Positions 56,051 to 64,000 of a stretch of 64,000 nucleotides of DNA are shown piece by piece. The position numbers and the translations under genes were made by a program. The notes under the pieces were generated by a model, which did no database searches, had not been told where the DNA came from, and worked only from the letters and a program-made list of their open reading frames with translations. Positions within the stretch are counted from its first letter, which is position 1; each line of letters starts with the position of its first letter. Origin of the DNA: Promethearchaeia archaeon (GTDB lineage Archaea > Asgardarchaeota > Lokiarchaeia > Sigyniarchaeales > SOKP01); contig JAHQWJ010000148.1 of the NCBI GenBank assembly GCA_029856125.1, positions 8,588 through 72,587 on the forward strand, given 5' to 3'.

Positions 56051-56812
56051 ATGAGCAATAGGAAGTATGTTATTGAACCGAAGAAGAGATTTTCTTCCAG
56101 AGTAGAAAACTATATTAAATACCGACCAAGTTATCCATTAGAAATTATAGAATTTCTAAAAGGGAAAAAAATTTTAGCAGAAGATAGTGTAATTGCCGAT
56201 ATAGGTTCAGGTACAGGAATTCTAACAAGACTCTTCTTGGATAATGGTAATCAAGCTTATGGGATTGAACCCAATAAAGATATGAGAAAAGCAGCTGAAA
56301 AATTCCTCCAAAAATATACAAATTTTACAAGTCTTGATGGTTCTGCTGAATCCACCGGATTAGAAGAGAATTGTATAGATCTTATTACTGCGGGACAAGC
56401 GTTTCATTGGTTCGATGTAAAGAAGTCTAAGAGAGAATTTAAAAGAATATTAAAACCGAACGGTAACATAGCATTAATTTGGAACAATCGTGGAAAAGCC
56501 GGAGGAGGTTTTAACAGTAGCTATGAAAATTTCATTTTAAAATACGGCGTAGATTATAGAGAAGTAAGAAAAAATGAGCGAAATGTTGATCTCTTCTTTA
56601 ATTTTCAAAAAGAAATATTTTATAATTTTCAAGAATTAGATTTTACCAGTTTTAAAGGTAGAGTTCTTTCTTCGTCTTATATTCCTTTAGCTAATAATCC
56701 CATTTTCCCTAAAATGATATTGGAATTGGAAGATTTATTTAACAAGAACCAACGGAATGGATTTATTAGAATTGAATACGATACAGAAATATACCTTGGC
56801 AATGTAGAATAA
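56051..56812 (+). CDS. Class I SAM-dependent methyltransferase
   Basis: 253 aa with motif I 'IADIGSGTGILT' and 'LKPNGNIAL'. Confidence 0.75.
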   Translation: MSNRKYVIEPKKRFSSRVENYIKYRPSYPLEIIEFLKGKKILAEDSVIADIGSGTGILTRLFLDNGNQAYGIEPNKDMRKAAEKFLQKYTNFTSLDGSAESTGLEENCIDLITAGQAFHWFDVKKSKREFKRILKPNGNIALIWNNRGKAGGGFNSSYENFILKYGVDYREVRKNERNVDLFFNFQKEIFYNFQELDFTSFKGRVLSSSYIPLANNPIFPKMILELEDLFNKNQRNGFIRIEYDTEIYLGNVE

Positions 56813-56864
56813 TTTTTAATAGTAAAATTGCTTCTATAAAATACTAATTAGTAGATGTTAAAAT

Positions 56865-57449
56865 ATGAAAGTAATTGTTTTTAATGGAAGTCCAAGGAGT
56901 GATGGTAATACCGCCATATGTTTAAACGTGGTAATGGACGAATTGAAAAGTGCCGGGATTGAGACTGAATACATCTGGATGGGTATGGATAAAATTCAAG
57001 GGTGTGTCTCCTGTTATCTGTGTGCTAAGAATAAAGATAAGAAATGTGGAGTTAAAACTGATAAATTAAACGAATACTTGGAAAAAATGGTAGAAGCTGA
57101 TGGTATAATATTAGGTTCTCCTACCTATTTTGCGGATACTACTGCAAGAATGAAGGCTTTAATTGAAAGAGCTGGTCTTGTAAGTAAAGTGAATGGAGAT
57201 TTATTAAAACATAAAGTAGGCGCAGCCGTAGTGTCAGTAAGGCGAGCAGGAGCAACGCATGTTTTTTCTAGTATAAATTATTTTTTCCTAATTAACCAAA
57301 TGTTTGTAGTTGGTTCAAGCTATTGGAATTTAGGCGTTAATCCAAATACTTCAGAACCAGAATTAATTAAAGAAGACAAAGAAGGTATAGCTACTTTTCA
57401 AAATTTAGGTAAAAATATGGCTTACCTACTCCAAAAACTTAATACCTAA
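56865..57449 (+). CDS. Iron-sulfur flavoprotein (Isf) / NADPH-dependent FMN reductase family
   Basis: 194 aa with 'VFNGSPRSDGNT', the compact 'CVSCYLCAKNKDKKC' cluster motif and 'GSPTYF'. Confidence 0.65.
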   Translation: MKVIVFNGSPRSDGNTAICLNVVMDELKSAGIETEYIWMGMDKIQGCVSCYLCAKNKDKKCGVKTDKLNEYLEKMVEADGIILGSPTYFADTTARMKALIERAGLVSKVNGDLLKHKVGAAVVSVRRAGATHVFSSINYFFLINQMFVVGSSYWNLGVNPNTSEPELIKEDKEGIATFQNLGKNMAYLLQKLNT

Positions 57450-57453
57450 TATC

Positions 57454-57462
57454 TTTTTTTTT
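57454..57462 (+). terminator. Oligo-T tract (9 T), candidate terminator
   Basis: Begins 5 nt after the stop at 57449. Confidence 0.35.
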
Positions 57463-57594
57463 CATTTAGGGCGATCTTTTGTTTAATAAAAATATACTTT
57501 TTAAACCAATATTTATTGTATTTATATTAGTGCTTTTTATTTATTTTAAAAACATCGAAATTAGTTAAGCATAAAGCACTTGAAGGCATTTAAA

Positions 57595-59955
57595 ATGAAT
57601 GAGCGAATAAAAAAACTACGAGCACAAAGTCGTAGAGCAATTCCGTATCTTTCATTGGAACGTGCTTTATTAATAACAGATTTTTATAAGAAAGGAGCAG
57701 CTCATAAATATTCTGCTCCAGTTGCTAGAGCTAAGGCATATGAATATATTCTAAAAAATAAAGAAATTTGTTTTAATGACGATGAGCTTATTATTGGAGA
57801 ACGTGGTTCAAAACCGAAGGCGACTCCATCTTACCCAGAAGTTTGTTGTCATACGTTAAATGATTTAGAGATATTAGATTCTCGCGAAAAAATATCTTAT
57901 AAAGTGCAGGACGAAGTGCGGCAAAAATCTAAAGATATCGTCATTCCATTTTGGAAAGGAAAAACAATTAGAGAAAAAATCTTTTCTCAGGTCGACCAAG
58001 AGTGGGTAGATGCCTATTCAGCAGGAATTTATACCGAATTCATGGAACAAAGGGCTCCTGGGCATACTGTAGCTGGAAAGAATATTTGGAACATGGGTTT
58101 TATGGATTTTAAAAAACGAATTCAAGTTTCAATCGAGAACTTAGATTTTTACAACGATCAAGACGCTTTCAACAAAAGAGAGCAATTAAAGGGGATGGAT
58201 ATAGCCGCTGATGCTATAATTATGTATGCTAAAAGGCATTCTGAAAAAGCTCGAAATTTAGCTGAGAACGAGCCTGATCCAATTAGAAGAACTGAATTAG
58301 AAAAAATCGCTGAAATTTGCTCACACGTTCCAGCTCAGGCTCCAAGAACTTTCTGGGAAGCTCTACAACATTACTGGTTTATTCATTTAGGTGTTATTAC
58401 GGAATATAATACTTGGGATGCCTTTAATCCCGGACGGCTAGATCAACATTTATACCCTTTTTACAAGAAAGATCTTTCTGAAGGCATTTTAACAAAAGAG
58501 TGTGCCGTCGAACTGCTCCAAGCTTTCTGGATCAAGTTTAATAACCAACCAGCACCTCCAAAAGTTGGTGTAACGGCCGAAGAAAGCGGTACTTACACAG
58601 ATTTTTGCAATATTAATCTCGGAGGGCTAAAAGAGGATGGTTCTGATGGAGTAAACGAACTGTCTTACGTACTTTTAGATGTAATTGAAGATATGAGAAT
58701 ACTACAGCCTAGTAGTAACATTCAAATAAGTGAAAAAACTCCAGACGATTTTATTAAAAGAGCCCTTAAGATTGTTAAAACCGGTTTTGGTCAACCATCA
58801 GTTTTTAATGCAGATGCTATTATTCAAGAACTTACACGCCAAGGAAAATCGGTACTAGATGCTCGAAACGGTGGTGCGAGTGGATGTGTTGAAACAGGAG
58901 CTTTTGGAAAGGAAGCCTATATATTAACAGGATACTTTAATCTTGTCAAAATTTTAGAAGTTACTTTACATAATGGAAGCGATCCTTTAACGGGTAAACA
59001 AGTTGGATTAAAGACGGGAGATCCTACATCTTTTAGTACTTTTCACGAGTTGCTCGAAGCGTATACAAAGCAAATCCAGCATTTTGTTGATATAAAAATA
59101 AAAGGTAATCTAATAATAGAACGGATATGGGCACAAAATCCCGCCCCATTTTTATCAATTATTATTGACGATTGCATCTTAAATGGAAAAGATTATAATG
59201 ATGGTGGAGCTAAATACAATACATCCTACATTCAAATAGTTGGCATGGGAAGCATAACTGATTGCTTAGTTTCTTTAAAATATAATGTTTATGACAATAA
59301 TATTTATACTATGGAACAGATGCTCGAAGCGCTCAAAAATGACTTTGAAAGTTTTGAGGAAATAAGGCAAAAACTGATTTCTAGAACGCCTAAATATGGG
59401 AACGATAAAGATTACGCCGATCTTATCACCCAACAAGTTTTCGAGATTGTTTTTAGTGCCATTGACGGGCGCCCGAACACTAGAGGAGGAGTTCATAGAA
59501 TTAATCTTCTTCCTACAACAGTCCACATTTATTTTGGAAAGGTAACTGGTGCCACACCCGATGGTAGAAAAGCGTTTACACCTTTATCTGAAGGGATTTC
59601 GCCGGTCCAAGGGATGGATATTAACGGTCCAACCTCAGTAATAAAGTCAGCCGGTAAAATTGACCATCTTCGAACTGGAGGGTCTTTATTAAATCAAAAA
59701 TTTTCACCTAAATTCTTTTCAAGTGAATCAGGTATTAATAATGTAGCTCATCTAATTCGTTCTTATTTTAAAATGGGAGGTCACCATATCCAGTTTAACG
59801 TAGTATCGGCAAAAACCTTACGCGCTGCTCAAAACGATCCAGTACAATATCATAATCTAATTGTTCGCGTAGCAGGTTATAGCGATTATTATGTAAACCT
59901 AGAAAGAGATTTGCAGGACGAAATCATTAAAAGAACCGAACATCTCTCTGTGTAA
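57595..59955 (+). CDS. Glycyl radical enzyme, PFL2/dehydratase-lyase type
   Basis: Glycyl radical motif 'RVAGYS' (59866-59883) and Cys loop 'GGASGCVETG' (Cys codon 58885-58887). I prefer the ATG at 57595 over the TTG at 57580. Confidence 0.85.
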   Translation: MNERIKKLRAQSRRAIPYLSLERALLITDFYKKGAAHKYSAPVARAKAYEYILKNKEICFNDDELIIGERGSKPKATPSYPEVCCHTLNDLEILDSREKISYKVQDEVRQKSKDIVIPFWKGKTIREKIFSQVDQEWVDAYSAGIYTEFMEQRAPGHTVAGKNIWNMGFMDFKKRIQVSIENLDFYNDQDAFNKREQLKGMDIAADAIIMYAKRHSEKARNLAENEPDPIRRTELEKIAEICSHVPAQAPRTFWEALQHYWFIHLGVITEYNTWDAFNPGRLDQHLYPFYKKDLSEGILTKECAVELLQAFWIKFNNQPAPPKVGVTAEESGTYTDFCNINLGGLKEDGSDGVNELSYVLLDVIEDMRILQPSSNIQISEKTPDDFIKRALKIVKTGFGQPSVFNADAIIQELTRQGKSVLDARNGGASGCVETGAFGKEAYILTGYFNLVKILEVTLHNGSDPLTGKQVGLKTGDPTSFSTFHELLEAYTKQIQHFVDIKIKGNLIIERIWAQNPAPFLSIIIDDCILNGKDYNDGGAKYNTSYIQIVGMGSITDCLVSLKYNVYDNNIYTMEQMLEALKNDFESFEEIRQKLISRTPKYGNDKDYADLITQQVFEIVFSAIDGRPNTRGGVHRINLLPTTVHIYFGKVTGATPDGRKAFTPLSEGISPVQGMDINGPTSVIKSAGKIDHLRTGGSLLNQKFSPKFFSSESGINNVAHLIRSYFKMGGHHIQFNVVSAKTLRAAQNDPVQYHNLIVRVAGYSDYYVNLERDLQDEIIKRTEHLSV

Positions 59956-60003
59956 TTTGCCAAAATTAGAAAAATTTTTAGTTTAAGAAAGACTCTAAGA
60001 ATT

Positions 60004-60693
60004 ATGGCACCAGAACCTCAAGTCATGATGGAAACAACTTTCAATGTTATCTATTTGATTTACATTTGTGTTATTGTTATACTCATGTCAAAAAATATGA
60101 GTAAGGTAACTCAAAAAGAATTAGCTACAGCAAAAAGAATACGGCTAGCTTTTTTAGCTTTGTTTATCGGCGATTTAGGGCATGTAGGAGCTCGCTTAAT
60201 CGCTCTTTTCTCGGGAGATGTAGATTTGAATTACATTGTATTAGGAATCGGGACTCTATTTGAGATGGTTGGTTTAATCTTTCTCTTTATGATTTACACA
60301 GATGCTTGGAGGGTACATTTTGATCATCAAAAGAGTGTACTGTTTAAAGTATTAGTTGGCGTAGGAATAGTAGGATTGATTATTTTTGTATTTCCTCAAA
60401 ACCAATGGACCGCTCCAACAGCTCCATACGAATGGCAGGTAATTCGAAACATTCCCTGGGTGATACAAGGAATTGCGTTATCCATATTAATATTTCGTGA
60501 TGCGAAAGCGGCTCATGACAAACAACTACTAAGAATTGGTATTTACATCTTTGTATCGTTCTTCTTCTACACACCAGTGCTCTTCTTCGGAGAATTAGCC
60601 CCTATGCTTGGTATGCTCATGATAATAGGAACTTTGATTTACATGCTTTGGCAATATACGTCCTACAGTCGCTTCTTCAAGCAGAGAGAATAA
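60004..60693 (+). CDS. Seven-helix integral membrane protein of unknown function
   Basis: 229 aa with seven hydrophobic segments by eye. Confidence 0.5.
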   Translation: MAPEPQVMMETTFNVIYLIYICVIVILMSKNMSKVTQKELATAKRIRLAFLALFIGDLGHVGARLIALFSGDVDLNYIVLGIGTLFEMVGLIFLFMIYTDAWRVHFDHQKSVLFKVLVGVGIVGLIIFVFPQNQWTAPTAPYEWQVIRNIPWVIQGIALSILIFRDAKAAHDKQLLRIGIYIFVSFFFYTPVLFFGELAPMLGMLMIIGTLIYMLWQYTSYSRFFKQRE

Positions 60694-60739
60694 AAAAAAT
60701 AGAAAATTTTTTTCCTTGTTCTTTTTATTGATTGTTTCC

Positions 60740-62950
60740 CTAAAATCGAAATTTACTTTCCATAATTTTATTATAAATATCTTTAGTCAGAAGGACATAC
60801 CCTGAACTTTCCGGTAAATACGTATAGATTGCATCATTTGTTTTATTGATATCAAAATTTTCTTTCTTCATATCGGATTTTTGTATTTTAAAGGTGCTTG
60901 TTGTTGATAACTTCGATGAAAAGCGTATAAACTTAGGGATAGCGTACCGGGGTAAGTCAGTTTGTAATATTTCAAATAGACTTTTAAAGTTAAATTCAGT
61001 ATGAGCTTTTGTTGCGATTATAGATGCCATTCCAGCTCGACCATTAGTAGATGGGATTTCGACACCATAAACAGATGAGTGGTTGATTTCCTCAAAAGAA
61101 GCTAGAACATCTTCGACTTCAGATGTAGATACGTTCTCTCCTTTCCAACGGAAAGTATCGCCAAGGCGGTCTACAAATTGAGCATGGTAAAATCCAATAT
61201 TCCTGATCAAATCTCCTGTATTTAACCAGATTTCATTATTTCCAAATGAATTCCGAAATATTTTTCGTTCAGTGGCTTCTTTATTTTTATAACCGGCGAA
61301 AGTAGTTCCATCTCGAATTTTTATCAATAATAACCCTGCTTCGCCGTCATCCACGTTTTGAAAATAGCCCTTTTCATTTTCTACTGGTTTATCGGCATCG
61401 ATGTCATATTTAACAATTGTGTAGGGTTCAAAATTACATCCAATTGTTCGATCCAAATTTAAATAATTGCAGAACATTCCTCTAATCTCAGTTGCTCCAT
61501 AATGTTCAATCACTTCTCGTATACCAAAACGCTCCTTGAATTCGTTCCAAATCTCTGGTTTAAGTCCGTTACCACAGACTTTGTAGACATTATGATTACG
61601 ATCATTAGGATTGGGAGGCTGATTTAAAAGATACCTGCATAATTCCCCAATATAGTTAAAACAGGTAACATTGTACTTTCTAACATCTTTCCAGAAATTT
61701 CGGACGCTAAATTTACGAGCTAAAGCTACTGCTGAACCACCACAAATAGCGGAACTCCAACCAATATGCATCGCGTTGCTGTGAAATAACGGAAGAGTGA
61801 TATACATAACATCGTCAGGATGCATATCCATCGCCATCCGCCCCCAACCATTAATGGCCCCCGCCATGTGAATATTCCGCATAGGGCTTGCTTTTGGAAA
61901 CCCAGTTGTTCCTGAAGTAAATATATAGGCATACGGATCTTTTCCTATAACTTCATCTATTGTAGAAGGTGTAGTCGTACTTTCGTTTTTGACTTCCTTC
62001 TTTAGGTCGATGAAACCTTCAGGTAACCCCAATTCACCTTTATCTTCCAAAAAATAAAGCTTATCATCATTAGAAAGCTCCAGTTTAGAAATAACGTTTT
62101 TAAATGCAGGATATAATTCTTCGCCGACTATGTATGCTTTTACTTTGTTTACTTTTAAACTATGTACTAATGACGCTGATCTCTGTCTTGTGTTAATTAA
62201 TGACGCACTTGAACCTATTTTTGTCATAGCACCGACGATAAACATTAACTCAGGCCGGTTTTCTAAAAAAACATTGATTGTATCTCCCCTTTTAATACCA
62301 ATTTTTATAAAGTAATTAGCGTAACGATTCATTATTTCGTTAAGTTCTCGGTGGGTGTATTTGATGTCCTCATACAAAACGGCAGGTCGATTAGGGTAAG
62401 TTTCGGCATTATATTCAAAATAAGTGCCTACCGACAATTTTTCGTTTGGAATCATAGTTTTAGCGATATTAGCTGCAGTAAAAAGAGAATTTAAACGCCA
62501 ATCAATAGAAAGTATTCCAAATATGAAATCTTTATAGCGGAGCTTGTAACCAGTTATTGATTTGGATTGAATCTCAAGATCTGGACTTATTGGTCCTAAA
62601 AATCCTTCAAATGTAGCAATTAGTTGGTGAAGAAATCGTTTTAAAGAAGAACTGTTCTCTAAGCGAGATAGTAGTTCATCTTCGCCTTTGGGTGTTATCT
62701 TGTACCACATTTCACCGTCAAATTTATATTCTTCTACGAAATCGTTAGTTTTTAAAGCTTCTATCCATTTGTCGAAAACTTTCTCATCTAACCGATCGAC
62801 AATAGAATTCTTATGATCATTGAGAAATTCCTGCAATTTATGAGGGCCATAGACTGCTAAAACGAATAGAATAATGTTGTCGTATTTATCTTCCTTTTTA
62901 TCTCTCAAAATTCTTTTAGGAATTTTAGCTGGAATTGTGTTAATCATCAT
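60740..62950 (-). CDS. FATP / very-long-chain acyl-CoA synthetase-type AMP-forming ligase with N-terminal wHTH-like extension
   Basis: 736 aa with 'YIFTSGTTGFPKA' and the FATP signature 'DRLGDTFRWKGENVST'. The first ~130 aa look winged-helix-like ('YKITPKGEDELL'). Confidence 0.8.
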   Translation of the reverse strand: MMINTIPAKIPKRILRDKKEDKYDNIILFVLAVYGPHKLQEFLNDHKNSIVDRLDEKVFDKWIEALKTNDFVEEYKFDGEMWYKITPKGEDELLSRLENSSSLKRFLHQLIATFEGFLGPISPDLEIQSKSITGYKLRYKDFIFGILSIDWRLNSLFTAANIAKTMIPNEKLSVGTYFEYNAETYPNRPAVLYEDIKYTHRELNEIMNRYANYFIKIGIKRGDTINVFLENRPELMFIVGAMTKIGSSASLINTRQRSASLVHSLKVNKVKAYIVGEELYPAFKNVISKLELSNDDKLYFLEDKGELGLPEGFIDLKKEVKNESTTTPSTIDEVIGKDPYAYIFTSGTTGFPKASPMRNIHMAGAINGWGRMAMDMHPDDVMYITLPLFHSNAMHIGWSSAICGGSAVALARKFSVRNFWKDVRKYNVTCFNYIGELCRYLLNQPPNPNDRNHNVYKVCGNGLKPEIWNEFKERFGIREVIEHYGATEIRGMFCNYLNLDRTIGCNFEPYTIVKYDIDADKPVENEKGYFQNVDDGEAGLLLIKIRDGTTFAGYKNKEATERKIFRNSFGNNEIWLNTGDLIRNIGFYHAQFVDRLGDTFRWKGENVSTSEVEDVLASFEEINHSSVYGVEIPSTNGRAGMASIIATKAHTEFNFKSLFEILQTDLPRYAIPKFIRFSSKLSTTSTFKIQKSDMKKENFDINKTNDAIYTYLPESSGYVLLTKDIYNKIMESKFRF

Positions 62951-63006
62951 GACATCTCTTTTTATTTTGGTTTTTCACTTTCTTTTTATAATTAATTGAT
63001 TATTTT

Positions 63007-63591
63007 TTACAACTTTCTCTTTGGTTTAGGGGGGAGATAATGGATCGAAGGATCCGTTCCCATTTCAGGTTTTAATTGAAAATTGATCCTATTTAAAAGA
63101 AGTTGGGAAACCTCACTGGTTGGATCGTTCAAATCACCAAAATGTAAGGCTTGTCCCTCGCAACAAATAACGCAAAAAGGTTCGAGACCCTTATCAATTC
63201 GATGAACGCATAAGTTACATTTTTCAGCAAGATTACTTTCTTCATTAAAAACGATAACATCGTATGGACATGCTTTCATACAAGCTTTACAACCTGTGCA
63301 TAAATCCTGATCTAATACTACTGGCCCATCATCTCGCTTTTGAAGCGCATCAGCGGGACAAACATCAACACAAGGCGGATTTGAACAATGATTGCATAAT
63401 TTTGGGAGATAATTTAAAGTCAGATTTTGATATTTGCCAGCTGGAGTGTCCTTCGCTTTTCCTCCTTGAGTTTCAACCTTAATCCAGAATTCTGTTGAGT
63501 TATTTTCGATCCGACAAGCTAAGCTGCACGCCTCGCATCCAATACATCGTTCTTGATCAATTACCATACCGAAATGATTTGTTATGCTCAT
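63007..63591 (-). CDS. 4Fe-4S electron-transfer subunit of a molybdopterin oxidoreductase (DmsB/PsrB-like)
   Basis: 'CIGCEACSLAC', 'CNHCSNPPCVDVCP', 'CTGCKACMKACP' and 'CNLCVHR'. The ATG at 63591 overlaps the upstream TGA (ATGA). Confidence 0.8.
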   Translation of the reverse strand: MSITNHFGMVIDQERCIGCEACSLACRIENNSTEFWIKVETQGGKAKDTPAGKYQNLTLNYLPKLCNHCSNPPCVDVCPADALQKRDDGPVVLDQDLCTGCKACMKACPYDVIVFNEESNLAEKCNLCVHRIDKGLEPFCVICCEGQALHFGDLNDPTSEVSQLLLNRINFQLKPEMGTDPSIHYLPPKPKRKL

Positions 63592-64000
63592 CTTTCTGAA
63601 TCCTGCCAAATTTTTATTTGTACCGCAACATCATTCATGTGCATATTAGGTTCATAAACTTTTTCTTGTACTGGGTTAATTATATCGTGAGTGAGATGGT
63701 TAACGCTTCCCTCTTTGAATTGGTCAATCCACCAACCTTCGTTAATGTTTACTACGCCTGGACCTACGCTTTCTGATATACGCGCTTTTAATGTAGTTTT
63801 ACCTCGGTCGTTAAATACGGTAACATAATCATCATCAAAGATTCTTCTAGCCCTTGCATCAATAGGATTAATCTCAACAAAAGGTTCAGGATTCATGTCA
63901 AGTAGAGATTTCACATTAGCAAAGGATGAATGCGTGCGAAAACGACTATGCCCTTGTATGAACGTTAATGGATACTTTTTATCACCAGGAGTAATTGGAG
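63588..64000 (-). CDS. Molybdopterin oxidoreductase catalytic subunit, C-terminal part (gene continues beyond the window)
   Basis: The frame stays open from 63914 to 64000 ('PITPGDKKYPLTFIQGHSRFRTHSSF'). The tail is typical of the molybdopterin dinucleotide-binding domain ('VEINPIDA....I.D.D.V.V.N.RG'). Confidence 0.7.
   Translation of the reverse strand, partial: PITPGDKKYPLTFIQGHSRFRTHSSFANVKSLLDMNPEPFVEINPIDARARRIFDDDYVTVFNDRGKTTLKARISESVGPGVVNINEGWWIDQFKEGSVNHLTHDIINPVQEKVYEPNMHMNDVAVQIKIWQDSER

Noticed and set aside
60004-60693. Seven-helix membrane protein as a microbial rhodopsin or schizorhodopsin
   Set aside because: There is no lysine in the seventh hydrophobic segment ('LGMLMIIGTLIYMLWQY') to form a retinal Schiff base, and no recognisable rhodopsin helix-3 motif.
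1-64000. rRNA, tRNA, CRISPR, recoded (Sec/Pyl) genes and inteins
   Set aside because: I saw no G+C-rich structured segment typical of RNA genes in the AT-rich spacers and no spaced direct repeats. Apart from the remnant at 38561-38677, I saw no conserved enzyme ORF interrupted by an in-frame stop.

Overview
AT-rich, very gene-dense window. My hand counts of single 60-nt lines gave about 33-45% G+C outside one island. I call about 60 protein-coding genes. I recognised no rRNA, tRNA, CRISPR array, transposase or integrase. All functional calls come from motifs read by eye in the supplied translations; no searches were run.

The source looks like an anaerobic archaeon, possibly Asgard/Lokiarchaeia-like, but this is inference only. 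It rests on oligo-T tracts after genes, a stand-alone AlaX, an Isf-type flavoprotein, a PFL2-type glycyl radical enzyme, an LRR-only protein and many 2-hydroxyacyl-CoA-dehydratase-family genes.

Gene content, left to right:
- (1) At least five tandem membrane-anchored hexapeptide-repeat (LbH) paralogs, followed by a C-N hydrolase and an MDR dehydrogenase.
- (2) A 2-hydroxyacyl-CoA dehydratase pair plus activase, convergent with a GlcD/GlcF-like FAD/Fe-S oxidoreductase pair.
- (3) An arginase-family gene, AlaX, a large beta-helix surface protein, two unannotated mini zinc-ribbon ORFs and an SDS22-like LRR protein.
- (4) A CooC-like ATPase with two Cys-rich unknowns.
- (5) A CaCA exchanger and two GPH/MFS transporters.
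- (6) Two paralogous Cys-rich Fe-S proteins. One is a G+C-rich mosaic behind a native promoter and 5' end.
- (7) A duplicated [SCP2-like + FAD oxidase] module with a nitronate-monooxygenase-family gene, a CCG Fe-S protein, a radical SAM/SPASM gene and a decayed remnant of a further CCG gene.
- (8) A type-B carboxylesterase, ferredoxin, flavodoxin, TatD and pyroglutamyl peptidase.
- (9) A long minus-strand unit: SCP2-like, dehydratase pair without activase, GH2 beta-glucuronidase-like enzyme and two HdrD-like proteins.
- (10) Aconitase, a methyltransferase, Isf, a glycyl radical enzyme lacking an adjacent activase, a wHTH-FATP-type acyl-CoA synthetase fusion, and the end of a molybdopterin oxidoreductase operon.

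The most promising unexplained items are the LbH array, the G+C mosaic gene, the SCP2-associated redox modules and the mixed dehydratase/glucuronidase operon.
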